From IMG/VR virus record IMGVR_UViG_3300020050_017898: DNA of 64,000 bases. One strand, written 5' to 3'. Source of the DNA: an uncultured virus (IMG/VR IMGVR_UViG_3300020050_017898). Its lineage: Duplodnaviria > Heunggongvirae > Uroviricota > Caudoviricetes. Of the stretch, positions 21,860 to 34,111 are shown piece after piece; position 1 is the first letter of the stretch, and each line of letters starts with the position of its first letter. Below the pieces are notes generated by a model that did not search any database, was not told the origin of the DNA, and saw only the letters and a list, made by a program, of their open reading frames with translations. A program made the position numbers and the translations under genes.

Positions 21860-23431
21860 TTATAAAATTCTATGTGAGTGCCCAAGGACAGGCAATACTA
21901 CCCACCCATTGACTGGATCATATCTAAGCTGATGATTATGACCAGCATTAATATGAGTTGTTTGTTGTGCCAAGCCATCTTGATTCACTACCACCAGATG
22001 TGTATGTGCTGGAATCTCGCGCCCGGACTCAATTGATAACTCTATCTTGGTTGGCATAGTACTAGTATCTCTGAAAGAGAGTATCTGATACAATGGATCA
22101 GTTTTGCGTATTCTTTGCACTTTTAATTTCTGACCACCTTGTTGACTATTAACTAAAGTATTTCTGGTAACACTTAATACCTCATAACGAAATTCCTCAT
22201 TATTAAATTCATCAAACCGTATCAAAACATCTCGATTTTTAATGGTTGGAGCTGTCAGAGTCCATAACTCAGCTTGATATTCACTTTCATATCCTTGATC
22301 ATTCAGTTTTACTGCATCATCGGCTGGAGGGAATCGTACTAAAATTCTACTATCACTTCTACGTGGATTAAAATACTGATCGTATCCAAGCACAAACCCT
22401 GTTCCATGACATTTATAACAACGTTCGAGTGGACTTTCTCTCATATGGGTAAAGCAAGCACAACGATATCCAGTATTCTGGTACCTTAACAGTACACATC
22501 TATCTCCATCGATCTCCAAGAGCTGTTCTTGATTGGCATTGTTAGCAGCCTGTAGACTAAAGCCTCGAATTTTAGTTCCGATCCCGAGGTATCCATCAGC
22601 ACAATAACGCTCTCCACCGATATAGGAACCTACGCATTGACCATTGAACAACTCCACTGGATCTGTTCTGTGATATCCAACACCATCGTACCTAGGTAAA
22701 ACTTCAGCTATTGCTTCTGAACCACCTAGATCAGTAGTAAGTAAGTCTTTCACCACCTGCTTGTATCCATCACCCTCCACAAAAGGATAATGAGGATATT
22801 CAAAAGTACACTGACAAATAAAAGCAACATCATAAAAGTTAGATTCGCCTGTAATAACTAGCGGCACTTTAATATTATGAATCTGATATCCATCGTAACC
22901 ATCTACATTATGTAAGGTTACAGGAGTATCATTAATACCACGATCATTAATAGAATTAAGAATTAAATTATTACTACCAATATTATTGGAGAAATATTCA
23001 ATTAGTTCTAGACCAACTTGAATTATTCCTGTTTCAGGAAAATCGCTAGAGTCTTCTAACGGGATTGTCAAACTATTAGCAGTAATATTAGAACGTAATG
23101 TGCTATTAGGATAATACTTTAAACCATTAATAATGGGCAAATCAATATTAGTAGCTAATGGATTATATTCTACTGGTCTGACTCCTACCCAGTATAGTTG
23201 TCTAGGTGTGCAATCAACAATATCCGCTTCGGTAACATCAGCATCAACAAAATATACAGGACCATTCTTAAAAACAGAATCTCTATCTGTCCCAATATAT
23301 ATATTATAACCTATTTTATTACTGGAGCTACTTGGATAGGCTCGATACCATGAAACTTTCAAACTATATCCATCACCGTTAGATGACACTGTATTCGTAC
23401 CAGCTTGATCAGGGAGAATATAATAAACCAT
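21860..23431 (-). CDS. Neck/head-closure-like protein with N-terminal FN3-like domain, Cys cluster and C-terminal His motifs
   Basis: LKVSW...IGYNIY...YWVGVRPV (FN3-like); YRCAC...RCYKCHGTGF (Zn-finger-like); PTIKNRDVLIRF...RYEV (closure-type barrel); HTH/HNH/HSH tripeptides at the C-terminus. Confidence 0.55.
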   Translation of the reverse strand: MVYYILPDQAGTNTVSSNGDGYSLKVSWYRAYPSSSSNKIGYNIYIGTDRDSVFKNGPVYFVDADVTEADIVDCTPRQLYWVGVRPVEYNPLATNIDLPIINGLKYYPNSTLRSNITANSLTIPLEDSSDFPETGIIQVGLELIEYFSNNIGSNNLILNSINDRGINDTPVTLHNVDGYDGYQIHNIKVPLVITGESNFYDVAFICQCTFEYPHYPFVEGDGYKQVVKDLLTTDLGGSEAIAEVLPRYDGVGYHRTDPVELFNGQCVGSYIGGERYCADGYLGIGTKIRGFSLQAANNANQEQLLEIDGDRCVLLRYQNTGYRCACFTHMRESPLERCYKCHGTGFVLGYDQYFNPRRSDSRILVRFPPADDAVKLNDQGYESEYQAELWTLTAPTIKNRDVLIRFDEFNNEEFRYEVLSVTRNTLVNSQQGGQKLKVQRIRKTDPLYQILSFRDTSTMPTKIELSIESGREIPAHTHLVVVNQDGLAQQTTHINAGHNHQLRYDPVNGWVVLPVLGHSHRIL

Positions 23432-23445
23432 ATTACTATTTAAGT

Positions 23446-23940
23446 TTATTCGTTGACTTTAGCCATCAACTCGTCTTTCTTATCTTTGCGCTTTTTTTCT
23501 TCATATTTATGATATTCTAATAAACTATCAGTATATTTCTCAGCTTCTTCTGGACCAAATTCTTCTTGTAAATACTCTACTTGTTTTTGGAAACCTTCTA
23601 CTTCATATTCATTATCTAGATAATGTTCATCACCTGATTCAGTAGCTTCTTCAGCAAAACATTGCTGAATAAAATGAGTAATTTCATGAGCCAGATAACT
23701 ATAATCTTCATAAAAATCATCATCTTCTAAAAGTTTATAGCTAAGTATAATAATCCCCGAGACAGTTTTAGCACTAGTATCTATTTTATCAAACTTTACT
23801 GGAATATAATCTAAATAATCTAGTGGTAGATTATTTTCCTCAAATAAATCTTTTATTGTTTGAGAGTTCTTAAGATATTTCTTAGCTTTAACAATAAGAG
23901 GTAGTAATTTAGTGTGCTGTACTGAAGAAATATCGGTCAT
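23446..23940 (-). CDS. Zincin-like metallopeptidase
   Basis: YLAHEITHFIQ (HExxH) followed by YLDNEYEVEGF, which supplies a candidate third-ligand Glu. Confidence 0.7.
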   Translation of the reverse strand: MTDISSVQHTKLLPLIVKAKKYLKNSQTIKDLFEENNLPLDYLDYIPVKFDKIDTSAKTVSGIIILSYKLLEDDDFYEDYSYLAHEITHFIQQCFAEEATESGDEHYLDNEYEVEGFQKQVEYLQEEFGPEEAEKYTDSLLEYHKYEEKKRKDKKDELMAKVNE

Positions 23941-23941
23941 A

Positions 23942-24173
23942 GTAATATATACTGTATTTAATAGAAGTATATATTACATATATAATAACAAACTGCTAGC
24001 AGTTTGTTCCTATATATTGAAAATCTATATTATATAAGTCTCTGCGAGACTTATAAACTTTACTAGCGTAAAGTTACTATAGTTTATAACTAAGAAGAGG
24101 GCAGACTCTTACTCTTATAAAATCTACTCTAGATGAAGAGAGACTCTCTCGCTAACGCTCCAGAGTCTCTCTT
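23942..24173. repeat. Intergenic array of inverted repeats/palindromes
   Basis: Stems at 23942-53/23966-77, 24033-42/24046-55, 24056-63/24068-75 and 24136-47/24162-73, plus a perfect 22-bp palindrome at 23987-24008. Confidence 0.85.
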
Positions 24174-24226
24174 ATATATTGCGCAGGTAACTATACAATA
24201 TCCATCTGTCAAGGTGAGTTTATTAA

Positions 24227-25132
24227 CTATATCAATCTACGGGCTTTGAGATGTCTTTGGCGGCGTAAAGCTGGGTTAGATCCCCCAGCTGTAATACTAA
24301 ATACACCTAATCCAAGGGGAGCCGGACGCATACTATTCTTGATTAATTTGACTTGTTCAAAGTAAGTAGCTAGTCCTCCACTATACTGACTATTCAAAAG
24401 CTCTGAAACAGTAGGAGGGGTGAAGTTAATACCATTGTCACTGATTTGGTATTCTCTACCACGTTCAATCAAAGCCTGAGAAGCTAAAGCATATAATACA
24501 GCTCCTTGAACTAGTATCTCACCAAACTGAGCAATAAATCCTTCATCATCAAAAGTAAAATAAGTAAAATAAGGAATACTATTAAAGTAACTTAAAGCCA
24601 TAGCTAAGAATGTTACAAGTGTTTCAGTACTAAAAATGTCACAAGTAACCCATTCATCATTACCAAAAGTATCTTTAATCTTAACTTTACCAGAGCTGTT
24701 TAATCTGGCGCGAATCATTTTAATAAGTTTATTAATATTTTGAATAGCAACTTGACTATAATTAAAAGGATACTCATCTCCGAGGTGCTTGTAGCCATCG
24801 CTCGAAATTGATGGAATATTAGTACCAACTACTACGAATGAGAAAGCTGCTTCTACGCGGTCACCATCTACATTTCCAACCCAGACATCCTGAAATACAC
24901 CATAGGGTCCATTAGGAGGGATCGTAAATAAAAGGCTATAATTGCCTAGGCTCGTTCTGGTAACTCCGAGGCTAGTAGGACCCAAAAGAATCATACCATT
25001 TGGCTGAGCAATGGTAACAGTAGGGGTACTAGTAGAGTCTACTAGATCTCCATTTCCATCACGAAAGCTGACAGTAAGATTTACTACCTCTCTTACATTA
25101 ATTAGCTCACCTCTAGCTTTAGTATTTGCCAT
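24227..25132 (-). CDS. Head-tail adaptor/neck protein with N-terminal Ig-like domain (putative)
   Basis: 301 aa. Beta-rich N-terminus then a helical domain (FLAMALSYFNSIP...LVQGAVLYALASQAL...ISDNGINF). GAGGAG RBS; lies upstream of closure and terminator genes. Confidence 0.55.
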   Translation of the reverse strand: MANTKARGELINVREVVNLTVSFRDGNGDLVDSTSTPTVTIAQPNGMILLGPTSLGVTRTSLGNYSLLFTIPPNGPYGVFQDVWVGNVDGDRVEAAFSFVVVGTNIPSISSDGYKHLGDEYPFNYSQVAIQNINKLIKMIRARLNSSGKVKIKDTFGNDEWVTCDIFSTETLVTFLAMALSYFNSIPYFTYFTFDDEGFIAQFGEILVQGAVLYALASQALIERGREYQISDNGINFTPPTVSELLNSQYSGGLATYFEQVKLIKNSMRPAPLGLGVFSITAGGSNPALRRQRHLKARRLI

Positions 25133-25187
25133 AATAGCTCCTCTATAAATATAGGATTATTATCATATCTATCTAGAAAAGACTACT

Positions 25188-25448
25188 ATGACTAAATACT
25201 CAAAAATCTTTACTAAACTAGAAATATTACTTGAACGTGTTAAAGATCTTAAAATTAATCCATCACCTCATGGATTTGCTAAAGTTCAAAAAGATCTACT
25301 GCGGTTAAAGCTAGAATTAAGTTCTAGTTATTTAATGATATTATCTAAAAATGATTTAGAATATATGATTGGCAAAGTTGAATCAATGTTGGAAAAAAAT
25401 ACTCAATTAGCTAGAAAATATGAAAGAAGCAAAGAATTAAGCAGATGA
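25188..25448 (+). CDS. Hypothetical protein
   Basis: 86 aa, first gene of a small plus-strand cluster; ATGA overlap with the next ORF. Confidence 0.55.
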   Translation: MTKYSKIFTKLEILLERVKDLKINPSPHGFAKVQKDLLRLKLELSSSYLMILSKNDLEYMIGKVESMLEKNTQLARKYERSKELSR

Positions 25449-25849
25449 AAAGTTTATGGATTACTAACTTTAGTAAAAAAGCAATCAATATTGCTGACTT
25501 GAATCTTAGTATTCAACCCAGGCAATCAATGGATTTATTAAAGTCTAAAGTATTAACTAAAGAACAAATTAAACGTAGTTATTTATTTGGTGATCTAAAA
25601 AAATCTAAACTAAGTGTATCTGATGAAAAGTTTGAAATGCTGCCGCCCGCTTTAACCGAATTTAAGAAAGTTTTTCCTAGCCAAAGTGTTTCAGCTGTTA
25701 CTATAGAATATAAAAAATTTACTGAACTAGAAGAATTAATGACTAGTGATAGTTTTGATAATCTATCAGAAGCAGATAAAATTAAATTAGAAACTGAATT
25801 GCTGTCAAAAAGAGAAGAAGAATTAATTTCTAAAATGTTAGAGGAATAA
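25445..25849 (+). CDS. Hypothetical protein
   Basis: 134-aa ORF coupled to the previous gene. Confidence 0.65.
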   Translation: MKSLWITNFSKKAINIADLNLSIQPRQSMDLLKSKVLTKEQIKRSYLFGDLKKSKLSVSDEKFEMLPPALTEFKKVFPSQSVSAVTIEYKKFTELEELMTSDSFDNLSEADKIKLETELLSKREEELISKMLEE

Positions 25850-25850
25850 G

Positions 25851-25997
25851 ATGACTGAAAATATTACTGAAACAACCAAAAGTGATAAACTAACTAATAT
25901 TTTAGAGAAATACAAAGAATTAAGTAAAGAATGTGATATGATTCTTTATAAAATAAAGATCAACAAGAAAGAAGCTAATGACCACGAATCTAGATGA
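25851..25997 (+). CDS. Small hypothetical protein (48 aa)
   Basis: Below the track cut-off. GAGGA RBS, then MTENITETTKSDKLTNILEKYKELSKECDMILYKIKINKKEANDHESR; fills the gap between neighbours. Confidence 0.55.
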   Translation: MTENITETTKSDKLTNILEKYKELSKECDMILYKIKINKKEANDHESR

Positions 25998-26253
25998 AAA
26001 AGATCTTGAAAGGATTTTCGAAGTTAATGCAAAATCAATTCAAATTCAGAATCATGTTGCTGGTCAATATGAGGAAATAAAAAAAAATAGCTCAGATAGT
26101 TTAGCTTCATCTAAAAAAATTGAAGAAAAAATCGGAGCTATTGAAAAAAAAATTGAAGAAATTAGTAGAGAAATATTTCAATTAAAAGTATTATTCGCTA
26201 CTGGTATGTTAAGTTTATTAATTCAGATCATTCAAATTTTCATCAAGAAATAA
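25978..26253 (+). CDS. Coiled-coil protein with C-terminal TM helix (XhlA/holin-like architecture)
   Basis: Heptad-like KIEEKIGAIEKKIEEISREI followed by hydrophobic VLFATGMLSLLIQIIQIFI. Confidence 0.55.
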   Translation: MTTNLDEKDLERIFEVNAKSIQIQNHVAGQYEEIKKNSSDSLASSKKIEEKIGAIEKKIEEISREIFQLKVLFATGMLSLLIQIIQIFIKK

Positions 26254-26258
26254 CTTAA

Positions 26259-26486
26259 TTATTTAATTCTAACTTGGACAGCCTTTGGCTGTCCTTTGTT
26301 ATTTACACCTACTTCAAATTCTACAGTTTGAGCTTTATATAAAACTTTATAGCCTTCCATTTCTATATCGCTCCAATGAACAAAGAGATCTTCTTGTTCT
26401 TTACCATTGAGATACCAAGCAATAAAGCCATAGCCTTTGGTTGCATTAAAGAAGACAACTTGTCCTGATTCTTTCTTATTATTCAT
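26259..26486 (-). CDS. csp: Cold-shock domain protein
   Basis: GQVVFFNATKGYGFI (RNP1), DLFVHWSDI (RNP2), GYKVL...VEFEV...KGQPKAVQV. Confidence 0.92.
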   Translation of the reverse strand: MNNKKESGQVVFFNATKGYGFIAWYLNGKEQEDLFVHWSDIEMEGYKVLYKAQTVEFEVGVNNKGQPKAVQVRIK

Positions 26487-26515
26487 GATTAAATATCTTT
26501 TTATAGATTAGAGAG

Positions 26516-26761
26516 TTATTTTACGATGTGTATTTCATCACTACCAAATAGTAGGTTAGTGATTTCTAATGCCCCCAATGATCGAAGATCATCTCTTTCT
26601 TTTTCATTATGACATTTACTAATTAAATCAGCGTATTTACGATAAAGAGTTACATACTCAATTTCACAACCAATTTCTTTAGCATATTTATAAAACTTAC
26701 TTTTTGTTTCTTCTTCGCTAGCCACTCTGATATGACCATCACCATTCAAATTTCTTGCCAT
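26516..26761 (-). CDS. Hypothetical protein
   Basis: 81-aa ORF co-oriented between the HNH and csp genes. Confidence 0.6.
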   Translation of the reverse strand: MARNLNGDGHIRVASEEETKSKFYKYAKEIGCEIEYVTLYRKYADLISKCHNEKERDDLRSLGALEITNLLFGSDEIHIVK

Positions 26762-26771
26762 GTTAATTCTT

Positions 26772-27104
26772 TCAAATTGAATATTTTGTCACAGGTTTAA
26801 CTGTATCTGGTATATCTATATCAATGTTTTTAACACCATCTAATATATATACTAAAATCCTATTATTTGGCTTTACAGTGGCAGGTACTACGCCTAAAAT
26901 TACTAACCTGCCACTGTCAATAAATTTATGATGATTACAACATAACACACCAAGGTTATAATGATAGTGACTGCTGCCAGTCTCAGTCCTACCAATAATA
27001 TGATGTAATTCTAGGGCATTTGGATCATCAATTGGACAACCCCAAATCTCACACCTGTGTTTAATTAGTTTCTTACTTATCATGTCAAATAATATATCAT
27101 ACAA
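26772..27104 (-). CDS. Small HNH-family nuclease
   Basis: RCEIWGC...LELHHII...NLGVLCCNHH (Zn-binding HNH pattern). The true start may be ATG 27083. Confidence 0.7.
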   Translation of the reverse strand: MYDILFDMISKKLIKHRCEIWGCPIDDPNALELHHIIGRTETGSSHYHYNLGVLCCNHHKFIDSGRLVILGVVPATVKPNNRILVYILDGVKNIDIDIPDTVKPVTKYSI

Positions 27105-27608
27105 TCAACAGTTTATTAAACTTTTATATACAAAATGTATGTATTGTCACGAAACTACAGTTAAACCAACCATTACTTATGAGTCAATAACTGACTTTGA
27201 TTATACTGATCTTTATGTTGATAGCATAGAAGAGTTGAGAAATCAACATAATATGTTATTAATTAATGATGAAATAAAATTAAATTCTGAATATTGGACT
27301 ATCTCAGATGAAGAATATATGGACTTAAATGTAAAAGAAGTGTACAATAATCATCATTGTAAAGACTCTGTATACAATAAAATATTTTTTTATGAATTTA
27401 CTAGTGATAAGAATTCTATATTATCAGGAATAGATTTGGTTTCTAATATAAATTCTTTACATTTTGTTGTTCGAAATGAAAGATTTATAGTATATAATTC
27501 TTCGCAAGAAATGCTATTACCAGCTGTAATAGATATTCAAATGTCTTTAGAGAACTTTTTATCCATCACAGCCAGTGATGAATCAATTCAAAATTATCTA
27601 ATGCTCTG

Positions 27609-27612
<4 letters not shown>
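27082..27612 (+). CDS. CxxC protein, member of a four-copy paralogue family
   Basis: KCMYC near the N-terminus; C-terminal [21 protein letters not shown] motif shared with the ORFs at 35310-36729. Confidence 0.7.
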
Positions 27613-29042
<1,430 letters not shown>

Positions 29043-29050
29043 GTTTTGCC

Positions 29051-30496
29051 TTATTCGAAATAGCCTTCAAAAGTTACATAAAAGTTAATGGCTTGAGTTG
29101 CTACAGAGGTATTTATAATAAATCTTAAAATTGTTTGAACAAATTCTCCTGGCTGAACACATACTGGAGTTACAAAACTATAAAGAAGATCAGGAGCAAC
29201 CACTGTACCAATTGGTGCAGCGTTTCCCAAGCTTTGTACCCCTAATGCTATTCTTCTTGGAGCTTTACTGGTTACACCTTCTGCTGTCGCTAAAGAAACA
29301 GTTGTGTGACCATATGCTAATGCCATTGCCCAAGTTGTTAATCCAGCGCCGTTAGCTGCAACAGTATTGACTCCAGATACTTTAATTCCAGTAATATACA
29401 AGCTTTTACCAGGAATAAGCGCCGTTCCAAGCGGCACTTGATATGATTGAATAATAAAGTCAGTTGTAACAGCTAAACCGTTGATGTTAGCAATAAAGAT
29501 ACCACCAAGACCAGATCCTAAAGCCGCAGTTGTTGCTGTTGGGGCGGCAGCGGCAGGGTTAGCGCCGTTTGTCCAAACGGCAGTTTGTCCATGAGCAGCT
29601 GCACCAGTTTGTGTTTGATACGAACTAGCACCAGAACCAGACATCTGATGAGGAAAAGCTTTAGTATAATTATTATCAGCAAATGTTATGTTAACGTTAG
29701 CAATTTTCATAACTTGAGCTGCGGAAGTAATACCAGAATTATAATTTCTAAAATTTGCCGGCAAATTACAACTAGAAATCTTATTAGATCCTGCTGAACC
29801 TAATTCGCTAACATGAACTAATACGTCATTAATCCAAAAATGAACTGCACTAGTACCAACGGCAATAATAAAATTTGTAGTGACGTTGTTACTTACTAAC
29901 GTACTAAAATCTAAAGTTTCACTTTGTAATTCTACTGAGTTATTAATGACAACACATCTAAATTCACCTAATTGATTTAATCTAAAAAATGCGCCATCAG
30001 TTGGAGCAACTGTAGTAGCTGAAAATCCTAATCCCCATTCACAAACATTATTAGCAACAGGTAGTTGAGCAAATTGTAGTGTAGTTTCAAAATAAGTTTT
30101 TACAGCACCATAAACAGGAAAGCCTCTATAGGATTGTAACCTTGCAACAGCAGAAGCTGCCGTTGACAAACCAGCATTTAAAGTGACGAAACCTGCTGCA
30201 ACAGTTGTTGTCATAGTTGTAAGAACTGATGTCCAAATATTTGAATTAAGAACTGTTCCGGGGAAAAATTCATTCATCAAAAATGTATCTAATGCTACAC
30301 GCTGCTTATAATCAGTAGAACATTCTGGATCAATAGTATATCTATTTCCAGTAACTGCACCAGGATCACTAACAGAAGTTAATGCATTATATCCAGCCTT
30401 TATACTTGTTAATGGTGTATTTACTTTTAACTCATTATCGCTGTTAACTTCAGCAACGTTACCTGTTAGGGACCCCTCAATTCTGAACCCGCTCAA
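29051..30496 (-). CDS. Virion-associated protein with a possible lectin-like beta-sandwich
   Basis: 481 aa, Ala/Thr/Gly-rich, TTG start. GAFFRL...VHFWINDV resembles ConA/LamG-like folds; lies between fibre genes. Confidence 0.5.
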   Translation of the reverse strand: MSGFRIEGSLTGNVAEVNSDNELKVNTPLTSIKAGYNALTSVSDPGAVTGNRYTIDPECSTDYKQRVALDTFLMNEFFPGTVLNSNIWTSVLTTMTTTVAAGFVTLNAGLSTAASAVARLQSYRGFPVYGAVKTYFETTLQFAQLPVANNVCEWGLGFSATTVAPTDGAFFRLNQLGEFRCVVINNSVELQSETLDFSTLVSNNVTTNFIIAVGTSAVHFWINDVLVHVSELGSAGSNKISSCNLPANFRNYNSGITSAAQVMKIANVNITFADNNYTKAFPHQMSGSGASSYQTQTGAAAHGQTAVWTNGANPAAAAPTATTAALGSGLGGIFIANINGLAVTTDFIIQSYQVPLGTALIPGKSLYITGIKVSGVNTVAANGAGLTTWAMALAYGHTTVSLATAEGVTSKAPRRIALGVQSLGNAAPIGTVVAPDLLYSFVTPVCVQPGEFVQTILRFIINTSVATQAINFYVTFEGYFE

Positions 30497-31518
30497 ACTA
30501 AACCTACATTCTTGATATTATTCATGTTTTCCTTTAAAATTCTATTTAATGTTCTATCAGAAACGCAGTAAAAATCAGCAATTTCTTTATTTGTAAATAA
30601 TTTGCTTTTACGAAGATCTAATACTTGCCGCTTTTCTTTAATTGTTAAACTTTTACAAATACTATTCTGCTTTTTAATACCTGTAATATTAGTCCAAGAT
30701 TTTCCACTTCTTATATTTTTTATTATATAAATAGCAGTATCTAATTTGGCACTAATTTCTTTGTCTGAAAAAATATTTAACAATTCAAAAATTTCTTTTA
30801 CTTTATTTTCAGAAATATTATTCTCTTTTGTTAAATTTTTTACTTCTACATTCATTTTGACCAATATTTTTCTAATGAATTTTTTATTCATTTTATATAA
30901 AGTTGCAAGATCATCTAATGTATGTCCATTTTGATATTTTTTTGCCATTTCTTTATTTCTATTTTCAATTTCAGATTTTGTTGGCATTATTAATTTGTAA
31001 TTAACATTAGCGTCATCACGCCAGTGCCTGCCAGACAGTATTGCACTAATAGTAGTTTTACTTACATTGAATGATGTCGCAATATAAGAATGCGGATATT
31101 TACATTCTTTATATAACTTTTTAATTTCATTTACCTGACCTAAAGTAAGTTTAGCTAAAGGTGCGTTTTCTCCTCGCCACATTTCAGAAAGATGATTACG
31201 CATGGCTTCTCCACAAGGTCCTTCGCCACCATCTCTAATATTATATACAGTATATTTTTTTAATTCTCTAAAATACTTAATATAAAATATTTCAGCCTTA
31301 TTAGCCTCTTCTCTTGAATTGAATATTTCAATAGGAACAAAAGAAAAATTATTTATACCATACTTATTCATAGCAGCTTTAAGATAAGTAAAATTTTTAT
31401 TTACAGATTTTTTCCAATGCTCTTTTTTTCTTCTTATCAAATCATGAGTAATTCCAATATAAATATGATTAGACTTAACATTATTATATATAAAATATAG
31501 GTAAGTTGTTTCACTCAT
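30493..31518 (-). CDS. Free-standing GIY-YIG homing endonuclease with HTH repeats
   Basis: YLYFIYN...IYIGIT...RRKKEH...E...YN followed by [10 protein letters not shown] and several HTH-like units. ATG 31518 overlaps the fibre stop codon (ATGA). Confidence 0.85.
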   Translation of the reverse strand: MSETTYLYFIYNNVKSNHIYIGITHDLIRRKKEHWKKSVNKNFTYLKAAMNKYGINNFSFVPIEIFNSREEANKAEIFYIKYFRELKKYTVYNIRDGGEGPCGEAMRNHLSEMWRGENAPLAKLTLGQVNEIKKLYKECKYPHSYIATSFNVSKTTISAILSGRHWRDDANVNYKLIMPTKSEIENRNKEMAKKYQNGHTLDDLATLYKMNKKFIRKILVKMNVEVKNLTKENNISENKVKEIFELLNIFSDKEISAKLDTAIYIIKNIRSGKSWTNITGIKKQNSICKSLTIKEKRQVLDLRKSKLFTNKEIADFYCVSDRTLNRILKENMNNIKNVGLV

Positions 31519-33755
31519 AACCAATTCCAACGGATGGAAAATTTTCCAGTTAAACGCAATTCTGTTATTACATTAATTGTAAATCCAACATCATTAATAA
31601 CATTTGTACAACTAATACTTACTTTATTGATTAATATTTGATGTTCAAAAACATTATGATCAGTTGTAGCAACTGGATTAATTTCAGCTTTACAATATGA
31701 ATTAGTATTTATTCCAGATTGACCAGTTAAGTTAAATGTAACTATGTTTGTTCCAGGAGCAGAACCAAAATCAACTTCAACAAAACCTCTTCCTCCAGAG
31801 GTTACCCAATTAGGAGTTCCTGAATTTGATTTAAGTTGATATCCGTCTGAACCAGCACTCAATGTTACCCAATTTGTTCCATTATAATAAAGCATGGAAT
31901 TTGTTGCTTGACCAGCTATAGTAAAATCAACTACCGTTGGAGCTGTGGCAGTACCACCTAAATTACCTGCTAATTGTATTATACCTTTAGCTCCAGTGGT
32001 AGCATCTGGTAAATTAGTTGCTGGTAAAACACCACTAACATAATCATTTCCTCCAGCCAAATTTAAAGCAGAATAAGATAATGCCGATGATCCAGAAACA
32101 TATAAACCATTACCTGTAGTTAAGCTTCCAGCCGCAGGAACAGTTGCACCATGAATTTTCTCTACAACTTGAGAAGTATCACTGCCAGATAAATCTCCAG
32201 CAGCTGTAAAACTTCCACCTCCAGCAACAGTTGCCCAATTAGGAATGCCAGAATTGGCTCTTAATAATTGATTATCAGATCCAATTCCTAAATTTATCCA
32301 ATTTGTACCATTAAAATATATTAAACTTCCTGTTGCTTGAGATGCTATTGTAAGATCTACTACAGTAGGTAAAGCAGCAGTTCCACCTAAATTATTAGTA
32401 AGTCTAACTGCACCAGATGTTCCAGTAGTGGCTTGAAACAAATTCGCGCTAGGTAAAATTCCAGTAACAGAGTTAGAATTTGCAAGATCTAACGCTCCAT
32501 ACGTCATCGCGCTTGTTCCAGAAACTCTTAATATATTTCCAATTGTTAATGCTCCACCCGCAGGAACAGATGTAGAATTTACTCTAGCAACAGTTACTGA
32601 AGTTGATGTTCCAGCCAAATCTCCAGCTAACTGAACGATACCTTTCGCGCCAGTAGTAGAATCTGGTAAATTGCTAGAAGGTAATGTTCCTGTAACATAA
32701 TTGCTTCCACCAGCAAGATTTAGAGCAGAGTAAGATAGCGCTGATGTTCCAGAAACATAAAGACCATTTCCTGTTACTAAAGAACCAGCAGTAGGAATAG
32801 TAGCAGAATTTATTTTAGATACTACAGGAGCAGTAGCTGTGCCAGAAAGATCTCCAGACAGTTGAACAATGCCTTTAATTCCAGTTGTAGCATCAGTCAT
32901 ATTGACTGAAGGTAAAATTCCAGTAACAGAGTTAGAATTTGCAAGATCTAACTGACCATATGATAAAGCACTTGTTCCAGTAACTTTTAATATATTACCA
33001 ATTGTAAGTGATCCTGCTGCTGGAACAGTGGCACTATTAATTTTTGCAACCACAGGTGAAGAAGCTGTTCCGGCTAAATCACCAGATAATTGAACGATAC
33101 CTTTAGCTATTGTAGAAGAGTCAGGTAAATTTGTTGCTGGTAATACTCCAGACACAAAACCAGATCCTCCTGCTAAATTTAAAGCAGAATATCCTAAAGA
33201 TGATATACCTGTAACAGCTAATGTGTTTCCTGTAACTAAACTTCCTGATACAGGAACTGTAGCTCCATTTATTTTTATTACTGTTTGAGAAACCGCTGTA
33301 CCAGAAAGATCACCGGCAGGTGTAATATCAGCACCAGCAGGTCCAGGATCTCCTTGAATACCCTGTATACCTTGAATTCCTTGAATACCTTGAATACCTT
33401 GACTTCCAGTAGTTCCTGTTAATCCCTGAATTCCTTGAGGACCAGGATCTCCAGTAAGTCCCGTTGGACCAATAGATCCAGTAGCTCCAGTTGGACCTGT
33501 TGGTCCAGGATCTCCAGTTGCACCTGTCGGTCCAGTAGATCCAGTTAACCCTTGAATGCCCTGGATACCCTGAATACCTTGACTTCCAGTAGCTCCTGTT
33601 GGTCCAGTAGGACCAACATCTCCTTGAATGCCCTGGATACCTTGAATTCCTTGTAATCCAGTATCACCTTGAGGACCAATTGGTCCCGCAGGACCTTGAG
33701 GACCAGGTGGTCCAACTCCACCTTCTCCACCAAAATTAGGTATAAATTCTGACAT
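31515..33755 (-). CDS. Collagen-like tail fibre with about 75-80-aa tandem repeats
   Basis: About 40 Gly-X-Y triplets, then repeated GDL(S/A)GT..P.V.KIN.ATVP..GSL..GN.L.V.G.S.L.Y..L.LA...LP..TT..KG.VQL units. Confidence 0.85.
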   Translation of the reverse strand: MSEFIPNFGGEGGVGPPGPQGPAGPIGPQGDTGLQGIQGIQGIQGDVGPTGPTGATGSQGIQGIQGIQGLTGSTGPTGATGDPGPTGPTGATGSIGPTGLTGDPGPQGIQGLTGTTGSQGIQGIQGIQGIQGIQGDPGPAGADITPAGDLSGTAVSQTVIKINGATVPVSGSLVTGNTLAVTGISSLGYSALNLAGGSGFVSGVLPATNLPDSSTIAKGIVQLSGDLAGTASSPVVAKINSATVPAAGSLTIGNILKVTGTSALSYGQLDLANSNSVTGILPSVNMTDATTGIKGIVQLSGDLSGTATAPVVSKINSATIPTAGSLVTGNGLYVSGTSALSYSALNLAGGSNYVTGTLPSSNLPDSTTGAKGIVQLAGDLAGTSTSVTVARVNSTSVPAGGALTIGNILRVSGTSAMTYGALDLANSNSVTGILPSANLFQATTGTSGAVRLTNNLGGTAALPTVVDLTIASQATGSLIYFNGTNWINLGIGSDNQLLRANSGIPNWATVAGGGSFTAAGDLSGSDTSQVVEKIHGATVPAAGSLTTGNGLYVSGSSALSYSALNLAGGNDYVSGVLPATNLPDATTGAKGIIQLAGNLGGTATAPTVVDFTIAGQATNSMLYYNGTNWVTLSAGSDGYQLKSNSGTPNWVTSGGRGFVEVDFGSAPGTNIVTFNLTGQSGINTNSYCKAEINPVATTDHNVFEHQILINKVSISCTNVINDVGFTINVITELRLTGKFSIRWNWL

Positions 33756-33758
33756 GTA

Positions 33759-34070
33759 TTACCAAGCATCTGCTCTTACAACAATTGGACCAGTACTACC
33801 TGATTTTATTCTAAACCACATAGCACTAATTGTTCTATGATCAAAACTCATGCCTGCTGAAGCTTTAGCAGAATCAAGTTCTCCATGAACCGTAATACCA
33901 TTGAAACTATATTCGACTACTCCAGTACCTTCATTAAGAAGAGTTAAACCAGTATTAGTAAATACAAGGACACAGTCGGCACCATAGCCATCTAAACTAT
34001 GACCACCAAAGTCAGTCGCAGTAACACTTATTTTTTTATAAAAATTATAATCAACGCCTTTTTTTGCCAT
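33759..34070 (-). CDS. Small beta-rich virion protein (putative)
   Basis: 103 aa, AGGA RBS, heads the fibre operon; VVEYSFNGITVHGEL...MWFR. Confidence 0.55.
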   Translation of the reverse strand: MAKKGVDYNFYKKISVTATDFGGHSLDGYGADCVLVFTNTGLTLLNEGTGVVEYSFNGITVHGELDSAKASAGMSFDHRTISAMWFRIKSGSTGPIVVRADAW

Positions 34071-34111
34071 ATGATATCCTATATACTAATGCTCTAAAAT
34101 ATGTTATATTA

